Both the position numbers and the translations under genes were made by a program. A stretch of DNA of 41,784 nt from a bacterium (GTDB taxonomy: Bacteria > Sysuimicrobiota > Sysuimicrobiia > Sysuimicrobiales > Segetimicrobiaceae), in contig DASQGM010000106.1 in NCBI GenBank assembly GCA_035632615.1, positions 1-41,784 of the forward strand. The letters run 5' to 3'. Positions 33,285 to 41,784 of the stretch are shown here, one piece after another (within the stretch, counting starts at the first letter, position 1; each line of letters starts with the position of its first letter). Below the pieces are notes generated by a model, which was not told the DNA's origin, did no database searches, and saw nothing but the letters and a program-made list of their open reading frames with translations.

Positions 33285-35426
33285 ATGATCCGCGCCGCTC
33301 GACCGGCCGGCGTCTTCCCGGACGTGTCCGCGATGCTCGCGCCGAAGTCGATCGCGGTGATCGGCGCGTCGGACCAGCCGGGCAACCTCGGCGGCACCGC
33401 CGTCCGCTACCTTCAACGGTTCAAGTACCCGGGTGCCATCTGGCCGGTGAACCCGCGGCGGCAGAGCGTCGCGGGTCTTGCGTGCTTCCCCAGGCCGCAC
33501 GATCTGCCGGGTCCCGCCGACCTGGCGATCCTGGCGCTTTCCGCGGACTCCGTGGTGGACATGATCCGCGAGTGCGCCGAGGCCGGAATCAGGCACGGCA
33601 TCGTATGGGCCGGCGGGTTCGCGGAAGTCGGCGGGAAGGGCATCGAGCGCCAACGGGCGCTCGCCGCCGCGTGCCGGGACACCGGGTTCAAGCTCTGCGG
33701 CCCCAACTGCATCGGCATCGTCGACACCCATCGCCCGATGACGGCCAGCTTCGCGTCGTCGCTCGTGGAGATGGACGAGTTGCTGCCCGGCAACATCAGC
33801 ATGATCAGCCAGAGCGGCGGGATGGCCACCGTTGCGCAGGCGCTGGCCCAGCGGGCGGGTTTCGGGTTCCGGTACGTGATCAGCACCGGCAACGAGGCCG
33901 TGCTGACCACGGCGGACTTCATCCACGCGCTGGTCCTGGATCCAAAGACCAAGGTGATTGCCGCCTATCTGGAGGGGGTTGACGATGGATCGAAGTTCGT
34001 CGCCGCGTTGGAGGAGGCCCGCGCGGCGCGCAAGCCGCTCATCATCCTGAAGGGCGGCGCCACCGCGGCCAGCGCCCGCGCGGCGGTCGCCCACACCGGG
34101 GCGCTGGTCGGCGAAGACCGGGTGTGGGACGCCGTGTTTCGGGAATACGCCGCGATTCGGGTGCACTCGCAGGAGGAACTGCTGGACGTGGCCATGTTCC
34201 TGAGCGGCAATGATGCGGCAAGTCTGCCCGCGGGCAACGGCGTCGCGGCGCTGACGTTCGGCGGCGGGAGCGGGGTGCTGTCGGCGGACCAGGCCACGCA
34301 GTGCGGCCTCGCCACGCCGCCCTTCAGCCCTCAGTCAGTTGAACGGTTGCGGTCGCTGGTGACGCCCCTGGCCTCCATCGCCAACCCGATCGATCTGACG
34401 CCCGAGACCTACAATCAGCCGAGCTGGCTCGCGCTGCTGCCAGCGGCGCTGGACGTCGTGGCGGCCGACCCGAACATCCACACCCTGTTCTTTCAGTGTG
34501 CCGCGACGGCCCACCGCGCGCCGGAGATCATCGACGAGATCTGCGCGCTCCGGTGCCGGACGTCCAAGACGGTGTGCGTGGCCTGGCCATTGGCGCCCGC
34601 CGTCGCGCTGGAGCGGCTTCCCGCCGAAGGCATCTACCTCTTTCCCGAGATTGCGCGGGCCATCCGCGCCATCGGGCAGTCGGCCCGCTATCGCGCCAAT
34701 CTCTCGCGGCCCCCGCGCGCTGCGACGCTCCCGGCTGCCGGATTCGACTGGGCCGCGTTCGTCGCCGATCCCGCCGCGGGAACGGTGATCAGCGAGCACC
34801 AATGCCACCGCCTGCTCGCCGCGGCCGGTCTCCCGACGGCGGCCGGCCGGCTCGCCCGGTCTCCCGAAGAGGCGATGCAGGCGGCGCGTGCGGTCGGCTA
34901 TCCGGTGGCCGTGAAAGGCACGTCTGCGGCCGTGACCCATCGTGCCGCGGCCGGCTTGCTCGCGCTCGACGTGCGGTCAGACACCGAGGTGCGCGACGCC
35001 TTCCACGGGCTCGTCGCGCGGGCGCGGGAGGTCGGAGTGGAGCTGGAGGGCCTCTACGTCCAGCACATGGTGCAGGGCGGGCTGGAGCTGCTGGTGTCGG
35101 CGTTCCGGGATCCCGTGTTCGGGGTGATGGTCTCCTGCGGGGCGGGAGGCAACCTGACCGAGGTGATCGGCGACGTTACGCTGGAGCGGGCGCCCGTCGG
35201 CGGGGCGCTGGCGCTCCACATGCTGGAACGGCTTCGGATCGTGCAGCACGCCGCGCGCCGCGCGCCGGCCGTGGACCTGCGGCGGGCGGCTGAGTTCGTC
35301 GCGCAGTTCTCGCAATTGGCGATCACGGCGCCATGGCGCCGGTTTGTGCTCGAGGTGAATCCGATCAGGGTCAGTGCGGACGACGTCGTGGCGGTAGACG
35401 GGCTGTTGGTGGTGGAGGAACCGTAG
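33285..35426 (+). CDS. ADP-forming acyl-CoA synthetase (fused alpha/beta: CoA-binding, succinyl-CoA-synthetase-like and ATP-grasp domains)
   Basis: Motifs IAVIGASDQPGNLGG, GPNCIG and the phosphohistidine context AVAHTGALVGED. The C-terminal ATP-grasp region is EHQCHRLLAAAGLPT...GYPVAVKG. 713 aa. Confidence 0.85.
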   Translation: MIRAARPAGVFPDVSAMLAPKSIAVIGASDQPGNLGGTAVRYLQRFKYPGAIWPVNPRRQSVAGLACFPRPHDLPGPADLAILALSADSVVDMIRECAEAGIRHGIVWAGGFAEVGGKGIERQRALAAACRDTGFKLCGPNCIGIVDTHRPMTASFASSLVEMDELLPGNISMISQSGGMATVAQALAQRAGFGFRYVISTGNEAVLTTADFIHALVLDPKTKVIAAYLEGVDDGSKFVAALEEARAARKPLIILKGGATAASARAAVAHTGALVGEDRVWDAVFREYAAIRVHSQEELLDVAMFLSGNDAASLPAGNGVAALTFGGGSGVLSADQATQCGLATPPFSPQSVERLRSLVTPLASIANPIDLTPETYNQPSWLALLPAALDVVAADPNIHTLFFQCAATAHRAPEIIDEICALRCRTSKTVCVAWPLAPAVALERLPAEGIYLFPEIARAIRAIGQSARYRANLSRPPRAATLPAAGFDWAAFVADPAAGTVISEHQCHRLLAAAGLPTAAGRLARSPEEAMQAARAVGYPVAVKGTSAAVTHRAAAGLLALDVRSDTEVRDAFHGLVARAREVGVELEGLYVQHMVQGGLELLVSAFRDPVFGVMVSCGAGGNLTEVIGDVTLERAPVGGALALHMLERLRIVQHAARRAPAVDLRRAAEFVAQFSQLAITAPWRRFVLEVNPIRVSADDVVAVDGLLVVEEP

Positions 35427-35437
35427 GGGGGTGCACC

Positions 35438-37039
35438 ATGAGACGGATGCTCGCCGCTTGGATGTTGATGGTCGTCTCGGCTTGGTTGGTTGGTGCTCCG
35501 GGTGCGCCGGCGGCGGCGCAGGACAAACCGCGCTCGGGGGGCGAGTTGGTGTATTCTGTGCTCGCCGCGCCCCCGTCGTTCGACGCGCATCAGGAGGCGA
35601 CGTTTGCCGTCCTTCACACGACGGCGCCGTTCTACAGTCTGTTGGTGAAAATCGACCCGTTCAACTATCCGAAGGTCGTGCCCGACGTGGCGGAGTCGTG
35701 GGCCATTTCCCAGGACGGCCGGGTCTACACCTTCAAGCTCCGAGACGGGGTGAAGTTTCACGACGGCTCCGCCCTGACGTCCAGAGACGTCAAGGCGAGC
35801 CTGGATCACGTCATCTTCCCACCGCAGGGAGTGATCAGCCCGCGCAAGGCAGTCTACACGCAGGTGGACGCCGTCGAGGCACCCGACCCGAAGACCGTGC
35901 GGATCCGCCTGAAGCGGGCGCAGCCCGGGATGCTGACGTTCCTCGCATCGCCGTGGAACTACATCTACAAGGCGGATCTCCTCGGACAGGATCCGAACTG
36001 GTACAAGACCCACGTGATGGGGACGGGGCCGTTCCGCTTCTCTGAATTCGTGCCCGGGTCGTACATCACCGGCAAGAAGAACCCTGACTATTTCGTCAAG
36101 GGCATGCCGTACCTCGACAGCTTCCGGGCGCTGATCATCGTGGACGCCACCGCGCGGGTCGACGCGTTCCGCAGCGGGCGTGTCATGGCGGACTTCGTGG
36201 GGGCAACGCCGATCCGAGACCAGGCCGACCTCAAACAGGCGATGGGAAGCCACATTGTCATCCAGCGGAGCAGCTGGGCGTGTGACCTGCTCGTCGCGGT
36301 CAACCACGAGAAGAAGCCGTTCGACGACCCGAGGGTCCGGCGGGCGCTCAGCCTGGCGATCGACCGGTACACCGCCGCGCCGGTGGTCAACCAGTTCAGC
36401 GAGTTCGGCGCGGTGGCCGGCCTCAACCAGCCCGGCTCGGTGTTCGCGTTTACGAAGCCGGAGCTCGCGAAGATTCCGGGCTACGGGTACAACGTCGACA
36501 AGAACCGGGCCGACGCGCGGCAGCTGCTGAAGGAGGCCGGGGTGCCGGACGGGTTCTCGGTCGTGTACTCGAACCGCGGCATTACCGGCCCGGAGCGCGT
36601 CGGCGTGTTCCTCATCGACCAGTGGCGCAAGATCGGGCTCAACGTCACGCAGCGCGTCCTCGAGACGGCGCAGGAGTTTGCCGCGCTGCGGTCCGGCGAC
36701 TTCACGATCGCCAGCGACTTCTCGTGCGATTTCGTCCAAGAGCCGGACCTCACGCTCACCAAGTACCTCTCCTCCGACAAGAGCCCCATCAACTACTCGC
36801 GGTACAGCGATCCGGTGCTCGACGATCTGTACAACCGCCAGAGCCAGGAGTCGGACGTGGACAAGCGAAGGCAGCTTGTGTGGGAGTTCGAGCGACGGGA
36901 GATGGGCGAGATGGCGCACCAGCCGGTGGTGCTCGCGCAGGTGCGGGCCGTCACGCTGTGGGACTACGTCAAGGGGTGGAAGGTGACTCCGTCCCACTAC
37001 CTGAACCAGGACCTCTCGACCGTCTGGCTGGCCAAGTAA
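35438..37039 (+). CDS. ABC transporter substrate-binding protein, family 5 (Dpp/Opp-like)
   Basis: Signal peptide MRRMLAAWMLMVVSAWLVGAPGAPAAAQ. Family pattern GGELVYSV...VMGTGPFRF. ATG 35438 follows a G-rich tract. Confidence 0.85.
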   Translation: MRRMLAAWMLMVVSAWLVGAPGAPAAAQDKPRSGGELVYSVLAAPPSFDAHQEATFAVLHTTAPFYSLLVKIDPFNYPKVVPDVAESWAISQDGRVYTFKLRDGVKFHDGSALTSRDVKASLDHVIFPPQGVISPRKAVYTQVDAVEAPDPKTVRIRLKRAQPGMLTFLASPWNYIYKADLLGQDPNWYKTHVMGTGPFRFSEFVPGSYITGKKNPDYFVKGMPYLDSFRALIIVDATARVDAFRSGRVMADFVGATPIRDQADLKQAMGSHIVIQRSSWACDLLVAVNHEKKPFDDPRVRRALSLAIDRYTAAPVVNQFSEFGAVAGLNQPGSVFAFTKPELAKIPGYGYNVDKNRADARQLLKEAGVPDGFSVVYSNRGITGPERVGVFLIDQWRKIGLNVTQRVLETAQEFAALRSGDFTIASDFSCDFVQEPDLTLTKYLSSDKSPINYSRYSDPVLDDLYNRQSQESDVDKRRQLVWEFERREMGEMAHQPVVLAQVRAVTLWDYVKGWKVTPSHYLNQDLSTVWLAK

Positions 37040-37140
37040 CCGGCGGCCGGCCGTCTGCGGCACGCGGGGAGCCGATGCGTCTTGTGAGCACGGTCGCCCG
37101 GCTTGGTGCGGCGTCGGGCGCGCCCGCGCGTGTACGCCTG

Positions 37141-37168
37141 GCGGGCCCGGCCGGGCGATCCGGCCCGC
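37141..37168 (+). promoter_or_regulatory. GC-rich stem-loop ending 5 nt before the permease start
   Basis: GCGGGCC(c)GG pairs with CCGGCCCGC: 9 bp with one bulged C and a 9-nt loop. It lies inside the 134-nt spacer between the binding-protein and permease genes. Confidence 0.3.
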
Positions 37169-37173
37169 GGTAG

Positions 37174-38127
37174 ATGCCCGCGTACATCCTCACGCGGCTG
37201 CTCCTGATGGTGGCGCCGCTGCTCGGCGTCGCCACCATCGTGTTCGTTGTCCTTCGCCTGATCCCGGGGGACATCGTCCTGTTGCGCCTGGCGGGGGAGG
37301 GCGGAAGCGTCACCGAGGCCGTCCTCCGGGCGGAGCGGGCGCGTCTCGGGCTGTCCCAGCCCCTCTGGCAGCAGTACGCTGGGTGGATCTGGGGTCTCGT
37401 GCGCGGCGACCTCGGACTCTCGATGTGGACCGGGCGCCCGGTTGCCTACGAGATCTGGGTCAGGCTGAGGCTCAGCCTCGAGCTGACGCTCGTGGCCTCC
37501 GCGCTCGTCGCGGCGATCGCGATCCCCCTCGGGTCGCTGGCGGCGCTCCGCCGCGGCGGCTGGATCGACTACGTGCTGCGGGGGTTCGCGGTCGCCGGAC
37601 TCTCCATGCCCGCGTTCTGGGTCGGGGTCCTGGTCCTGCTCTTCCTGCTCGTCTTGTTTCACTGGAGCCCCCCCGTCACGTTCACGCCGTTCTGGCAGAA
37701 CCCCGTCGCGAACCTGAGCCTGATGGTCTGGCCGGCGTGCGTCGTCGCGTTCCGGAGCGTGGCGCTGTCGACGCGGATCATGCGGTCCGCGCTGCTCGAC
37801 GTCCTGCACGAGGACTACGTGCGGACCGCCCGGGCCAAGGGCCTGCCCTGGGGCCGGATCGTGATGCAGCACGCCGTGCGCAACGCGTTGCTGCCGGTCA
37901 TCACCATCGTGAGCCTGGAGGCCGCCGCGATTCTCGGCGGCCTCGTGGTGACGGAGCAGGTGTTCAACCTGAACGGCCTCGGCAAACTGCTGGTGGACGC
38001 GGTCACGCAGCGGGACTACACGCTGACCCAGGCGCTCATCATGCTGTCCGCGACGGCGTTCGTGCTGATGAACTTCTTCGTCGACCTGTGCTACGCATGG
38101 CTGGACCCACGGATCCGCTACCGGTGA
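37174..38127 (+). CDS. Dpp/Opp-type ABC permease (DppB-like)
   Basis: Motifs MPAYILTRLLLMV...LRLIPGD and DYVRTARAKGLPWGRIVMQHAVRNALLPVIT. Confidence 0.85.
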   Translation: MPAYILTRLLLMVAPLLGVATIVFVVLRLIPGDIVLLRLAGEGGSVTEAVLRAERARLGLSQPLWQQYAGWIWGLVRGDLGLSMWTGRPVAYEIWVRLRLSLELTLVASALVAAIAIPLGSLAALRRGGWIDYVLRGFAVAGLSMPAFWVGVLVLLFLLVLFHWSPPVTFTPFWQNPVANLSLMVWPACVVAFRSVALSTRIMRSALLDVLHEDYVRTARAKGLPWGRIVMQHAVRNALLPVITIVSLEAAAILGGLVVTEQVFNLNGLGKLLVDAVTQRDYTLTQALIMLSATAFVLMNFFVDLCYAWLDPRIRYR

Positions 38128-39017
38128 GCGAAACCGGCGCCCCCCGTCTGGGCTCCACGACCGCGGCCGCCCGCCCGGCGCGGCGGGGGTCGCGCCTCGT
38201 CAGGCGGCATCTGTCGGGCGTGTTCGGGGCGACGGTCCTGCTGCTCATGGTCGTTGCGGCCGTCTTTGCCCGCTGGCTGGCGCCGTACGACCCGCTCGAG
38301 ACCAACTACACGCTGCTCGTCCACCCGCCGACGCTCCAACATCTGTTGGGCACCGACCCGTTCGGGCGGGACGTGCTGAGCCGGCTGATCTACGGCGCCC
38401 GCACGGCGCTGCTGATCGGGCTGGTCTCGTCCGTGGTCAGCGCGACGCTCGGCCTGCTGGTCGGCGCGGCCAGCGCCTACTTCGGAGGGACGGCGGATCT
38501 CATCCTCGAGCGGGTGACCGACATGCTGTTGTGTTTTCCGTTGATCGTGCTGGCGCTGGCCGTCGTCGCGGTGCTCGGCCCCGGCACGGCTCAGGTCATC
38601 GCGGCCATCGTCGTCCCGATGGTTCCCCGTGCCACCCGGGTGGTGCGCTCGAGCGCGCTGGCGATCCGGCAGATGCCGTATGTCGAGAGTGCCCACGCGG
38701 CGGGGGCCAGCGATCTGCGGGTGATCCTCCGCCACCTCCTGCCGAACGTTGTGGCTCCGTACCTCATCCTGCTGACCGCTTTTCTCGCCGATGCGATCAT
38801 CTTGGAGGCGAGCCTGAGTTTCCTCGGTCTGGGGGTCGTCGAGCCGACGCCCGCCTGGGGGCTTATGCTGCGCGACTTCGCGGGCCGCTACGCCGAATCG
38901 GCACCGTGGCTGCCGCTCGCGCCCGGTCTTGCGATCAGCCTGGCGGTGTTCGGCTCCAACCTCCTGGGGGATGCGGCGCGCGATGCCCTCGATCCTCGCC
39001 TCCGCGGCCGAGCGTAG
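38124..39017 (+). CDS. Dpp/Opp-type ABC permease (DppC-like)
   Basis: Motifs HLLGTDPFGRDVLSRLIYGARTAL and PYVESAHAAGASDLRVILRHLLPNV. GTGA overlap with the upstream stop at 38124-38127. Confidence 0.85.
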   Translation: MSETGAPRLGSTTAAARPARRGSRLVRRHLSGVFGATVLLLMVVAAVFARWLAPYDPLETNYTLLVHPPTLQHLLGTDPFGRDVLSRLIYGARTALLIGLVSSVVSATLGLLVGAASAYFGGTADLILERVTDMLLCFPLIVLALAVVAVLGPGTAQVIAAIVVPMVPRATRVVRSSALAIRQMPYVESAHAAGASDLRVILRHLLPNVVAPYLILLTAFLADAIILEASLSFLGLGVVEPTPAWGLMLRDFAGRYAESAPWLPLAPGLAISLAVFGSNLLGDAARDALDPRLRGRA

Positions 39018-39086
39018 ACTGCGCCGGCGATCAGAGCGAGCAACCACGCGCGTCGGCCGCGAGGCATGACGCCTGGAGGAGTGACA

Positions 39087-40244
39087 ATGAGACGCAGCAC
39101 CGAACGGATGTTGACCACGCATACGGGCAGCCTGCCCCGCTCGGCCGATGTGCTGGCCATGCTCAAGCTGGCAGAAGCCGGGGCGCTGAAGGACCAGCGC
39201 GGCTTCCAGGCAAGGGTGCGCGCGGCCGTCGCAGAGGCGGTGCGAAAGCAGGTGGACGCCGGGATCGACATCGTCAACGACGGGGAGCAGGGGAAGCCCG
39301 GGTATTCGATCTACATCCGGGACCGCGTGACAGGGTTCGACGGGCAGAGCCGCGTGCCGACGGTGCACGCCGAGGCGCGTGATTTCCCGGAGTACATGGC
39401 CCGGGGCACCAGCGGCGCGACGTCGACTTTTCTGCGCCCATGCTGCAACGGCCCGATCGCCTGGAAGGACTTCGCGGCGGTCGAGCGGGATATCGCCAAC
39501 GTGCAGGCGGCCGCAGCGAGTGCCGCGGTGGAGGACGTGTTCATGACCGCCGCCTCGCCCGGTGTGGCCTCGATTGCCTTCGTCAACGACTACTATCCCA
39601 GCCGCGAGCAATACCTCCAGGCGATCGTGCACGTGATGAAGGATGAGTACGATGCGATCTACCGGGCCGGGTTCGTGCTCCAGTTGGACTGTCCCGACCT
39701 GGCGATGAGCCGGCACAACCGGTACCCGGACATGAGCCTCGAGGACTTCCGCAAGATCGTGGCGCTGCACGTCGAGGCCCTCAACGAGGCGACGCGGGAC
39801 ATTCCCCCGGACCGGATGCGCCTCCACCTCTGCTGGGGAAACTACGAGGGACCGCACCACCTGGACGTCCCGCTCAAAGACATCGTCGACCTGGTGCTCC
39901 GGGCGAGGCCCGCGGGGCTCTCGTTCGAAGGCGCGAACCCGCGCCACGAGCACGAGTGGAAGATCTGGAAGGACGTCACGCTGCCGCCCGGCAAGGTCAT
40001 CATTCCCGGCGTGATCGACACGACGACCAACTTCATCGAGCACCCGGAGCTCGTCGCGGAGCGGATCGTCCGGTACGCCGGCGTGGTCGGCAAGGAAAAC
40101 GTGATCGCCGGGACCGACTGCGGCTTCGCCTCGTTTGCGGACGCGAGCGTGGTGGACGGCCGCATCGCGTGGGCGAAGCTCCGGGCGTTGGTGGAGGGGG
40201 CGCGCATCGCGAGCGACACGCTGTGGCGCCGCGGGGGAGCATGA
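39087..40244 (+). CDS. Cobalamin-independent methionine-synthase-like (MetE C-terminal domain / UROD-MetE superfamily) Zn-dependent alkyltransferase homologue
   Basis: About 385 aa, single-domain. Putative Zn ligands are visible: His-x-Cys in RLHLCWGNYEG and Cys in IAGTDCGFASF. ATG 39087 lies 5 nt after GGAGGAG. Confidence 0.75.
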   Translation: MRRSTERMLTTHTGSLPRSADVLAMLKLAEAGALKDQRGFQARVRAAVAEAVRKQVDAGIDIVNDGEQGKPGYSIYIRDRVTGFDGQSRVPTVHAEARDFPEYMARGTSGATSTFLRPCCNGPIAWKDFAAVERDIANVQAAAASAAVEDVFMTAASPGVASIAFVNDYYPSREQYLQAIVHVMKDEYDAIYRAGFVLQLDCPDLAMSRHNRYPDMSLEDFRKIVALHVEALNEATRDIPPDRMRLHLCWGNYEGPHHLDVPLKDIVDLVLRARPAGLSFEGANPRHEHEWKIWKDVTLPPGKVIIPGVIDTTTNFIEHPELVAERIVRYAGVVGKENVIAGTDCGFASFADASVVDGRIAWAKLRALVEGARIASDTLWRRGGA

Positions 40245-41158
40245 ACGTCCGGGAGAAGCCGATCCTCACCCTGCAGGAAGCGGTGCGGCGGTTCGTGCCG
40301 GACGGGCAGGAGTTGCTGCTCGGCGGGTTCGCGTTCAGCGATCCCACCGCGGTCGCCCACGAGATCATCCGCCAGGGCAGGCGCGGCCTGCGCGTGATCA
40401 AGAGTTCCGGCGGTGTGCTGGTGGATCAGCTGATCGGGGCGGGGTGCGCCGCCCAGTTGTTGTCGTGCCACATCTGGAATTCGGTCGGCCCGGTGCCCGC
40501 CCACTGTTTTCGCCGCGCGATCGAGCGGGAGCGCCCGGCGCCGATCGCGATCGAGGAGCTGAGTTACGGTGCGCTGTCCATGGCCCTGCTCGCGGGTGCA
40601 TGCGACTTCCCGTTCATGCCCACGACGCCCCTGCAGGGCACGGGACATTTCACCGAGCGTACCTTCTGGCCGGACAAGCTCGGCGTCGTGCGATCGCCGT
40701 TCGGCGGAGAGCCGGTGACCGTCGTATCGCCGCTCAAGCCTGAGCTGGGCATTTTTCATGTTCACCGGGTGGATCGCGCCGGCAACGCGCAGGTGTTCGG
40801 CCCCCTTGGCGAGACGCGTTTCGCCATGGCGGCCTGCAGGCGGCTCGTGGTGGTCGCGGAGGAGCTCGTGGATGCGGATGTCATCCGCGGGCGTCCGGAG
40901 CTGACCGTCGCGCCGTCCTTCCTTGTCGACGCCGTCGTGATCGAGCCCTGGGCGGCCCACCCTTCCGACAGCTACGGGTACTACTACCGCGATCTGGCCC
41001 ATCACGCGTTGTACGGTGAAATGTCGCGCACGGAAGATGGGTTCCAACGATATCTGGAGGAATGGGTGTTCGGGACCCAGACCCACTCCGGGTTCATCCG
41101 GACACTGGGGGACGCCCGGGTGCGGGAGCTCATGACGCGAAAGGAGCCGTGGTGGTAG
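40241..41158 (+). CDS. Family-I CoA-transferase subunit A (glutaconate-CoA-transferase GctA-like)
   Basis: N terminus ...LTLQEAVRRFVPDGQELLLGGFAFSDPTAVAHEIIR is typical of the alpha subunit. ATGA overlap with the upstream gene at 40241-40244. Confidence 0.8.
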   Translation: MNVREKPILTLQEAVRRFVPDGQELLLGGFAFSDPTAVAHEIIRQGRRGLRVIKSSGGVLVDQLIGAGCAAQLLSCHIWNSVGPVPAHCFRRAIERERPAPIAIEELSYGALSMALLAGACDFPFMPTTPLQGTGHFTERTFWPDKLGVVRSPFGGEPVTVVSPLKPELGIFHVHRVDRAGNAQVFGPLGETRFAMAACRRLVVVAEELVDADVIRGRPELTVAPSFLVDAVVIEPWAAHPSDSYGYYYRDLAHHALYGEMSRTEDGFQRYLEEWVFGTQTHSGFIRTLGDARVRELMTRKEPWW

Positions 41159-41784
41159 GTGGACGCGTCGCGGTTTGAGCGGTTTCTCCTGACGGGCGCG
41201 CGGTGCATCCCCGACGCGACCGTGGTGTTCGTGGGTTTTCACTGGCCCATGCTGATGGCGCGTGTCGCCCGCCGGCTCCACGCTCCCGGAATCATCGTGG
41301 TGTACGAAAACGGCATCGTGGAGGACCATCTGACGGCGTTGCTCCCCACGTCGCCCTGTGATTTGGTGGCCGCCGAGGGGGCTCCGATGTGCGCCGGGTG
41401 CTTCGAGTCGCTCTACATGTGGCTTGGCGCCGGACGCGTGGAGATGACCGTGCTCGAGGCTCCGATTGTCGATCGTCACGGCAACGTGAATACCTCGGTC
41501 GTCGGAACGTACCACCGGCCGAAGGTCCGCCTCCCCGGGTCCGGAGGCGGCACCGAATTGGCCAGCCTGGGGCGTGGCCTGCTCCTTGTCAGCGCCAGCA
41601 CGGACCGCCGGAGCTACCCGGAGCGGGTTGACTACGTGACCAGCCCGGGATACCTCGAGGGAGCGGACGACCGCGAACGTCTCGGGTACAAGCCGGGCAG
41701 CGGACCGCAGATCCTGGTCAACCCCCTCGGGATGTTCCGATTCGACGGCCGCGGGGAGATGTACACAGCCGCCCTCCACCCCCA
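41159..41784 (+). CDS. Family-I CoA-transferase subunit B (GctB-like), 3' end outside the window
   Basis: My own translation from GTG 41159, immediately after TAG 41156-41158, is open to the window edge. It contains the catalytic-Glu motif VVYENGIV and the LPGSGGGTELA glycine loop. It is absent from the ORF track because no stop lies within the window. Confidence 0.75.
   Translation, partial: MDASRFERFLLTGARCIPDATVVFVGFHWPMLMARVARRLHAPGIIVVYENGIVEDHLTALLPTSPCDLVAAEGAPMCAGCFESLYMWLGAGRVEMTVLEAPIVDRHGNVNTSVVGTYHRPKVRLPGSGGGTELASLGRGLLLVSASTDRRSYPERVDYVTSPGYLEGADDRERLGYKPGSGPQILVNPLGMFRFDGRGEMYTAALHP

Noticed and set aside
35054-41779. Minus-strand ORFs of 669, 641 and 645 aa (35054-37063, 38118-40043 and 39842-41779). 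Similar cases are the plus-strand 611-aa ORF at 17963-19798 and the minus-strand ORFs at 11088-12245 and 12606-14009.
   Set aside because: All lie antisense to genes with clear family motifs. All are Arg/Pro/Gly/His-rich with no domains. They are GC-driven artefacts, not overlapping genes.
1-41784. Searched for CRISPR arrays, tandem or interspersed repeats, IS or transposon ends, integrase or recombinase genes, toxin-antitoxin or restriction or other defence genes, tRNA/rRNA genes and phage genes.
   Set aside because: None found. All sizeable ORFs with credible composition are transport or metabolic proteins plus one regulator. The non-coding spacers are short (325 bp or less) and contain no repeat arrays or tRNA-like cloverleaf candidates that I could see.

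Overview
High-GC bacterial chromosomal segment, densely coding, with about 39 protein genes and no rRNA, tRNA, CRISPR array, transposase, integrase or recognisable defence gene. The genes form five co-directional blocks, many linked by ATGA/GTGA start-stop overlaps. (1) 1-14168, plus strand: the tail of a Pot/Cys-type ABC importer, an isocitrate-lyase/PEP-mutase-family enzyme, an acetolactate-synthase-like TPP enzyme, one minus-strand PPOX/F420-type gene, then a ribose-type sugar ABC importer, a FucI/AraA-like isomerase, an enolase-superfamily enzyme, an SDR, E1 alpha/beta of a 2-oxoacid or acetoin dehydrogenase, and a second enolase-superfamily enzyme. (2) 14242-21580, minus strand: DppB/DppC-like permeases, a family-5 binding protein, a D-2-hydroxyacid dehydrogenase, a ceramidase-like hydrolase and a class-III aminotransferase. 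(3) 21873-24246, plus strand: a ketol-acid reductoisomerase homologue, an SDR and a VOC protein. (4) 24572-31489, plus strand: a signal-less gamma-glutamyltransferase homologue, a second Dpp-type binding protein with two permeases, an M55 D-aminopeptidase and an isochorismatase-like hydrolase. (5) 31597 to the window end, plus strand: a GntR/HutC regulator, a crotonase, an ADP-forming acyl-CoA synthetase, a third Dpp-type binding protein with two permeases, a MetE-like Zn alkyltransferase and GctA/GctB-like CoA-transferase subunits. This looks like a solute-uptake and catabolism region, not a mobile or defence island. The points worth follow-up are unusual gene combinations: an orphan E1 alpha/beta inside a sugar-acid cluster, three Dpp-type importers with no ATPase gene, and the block-5 operon that combines a MetE-like enzyme, a CoA-transferase and an ADP-forming synthetase. 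There are also a few non-coding signals: a consensus promoter that makes the GntR mRNA leaderless, a perfect 14-bp palindrome before the GGT-like gene, and a nested inverted repeat in a divergent control region. All functional calls come from motif and family recognition by eye. No database search was run.
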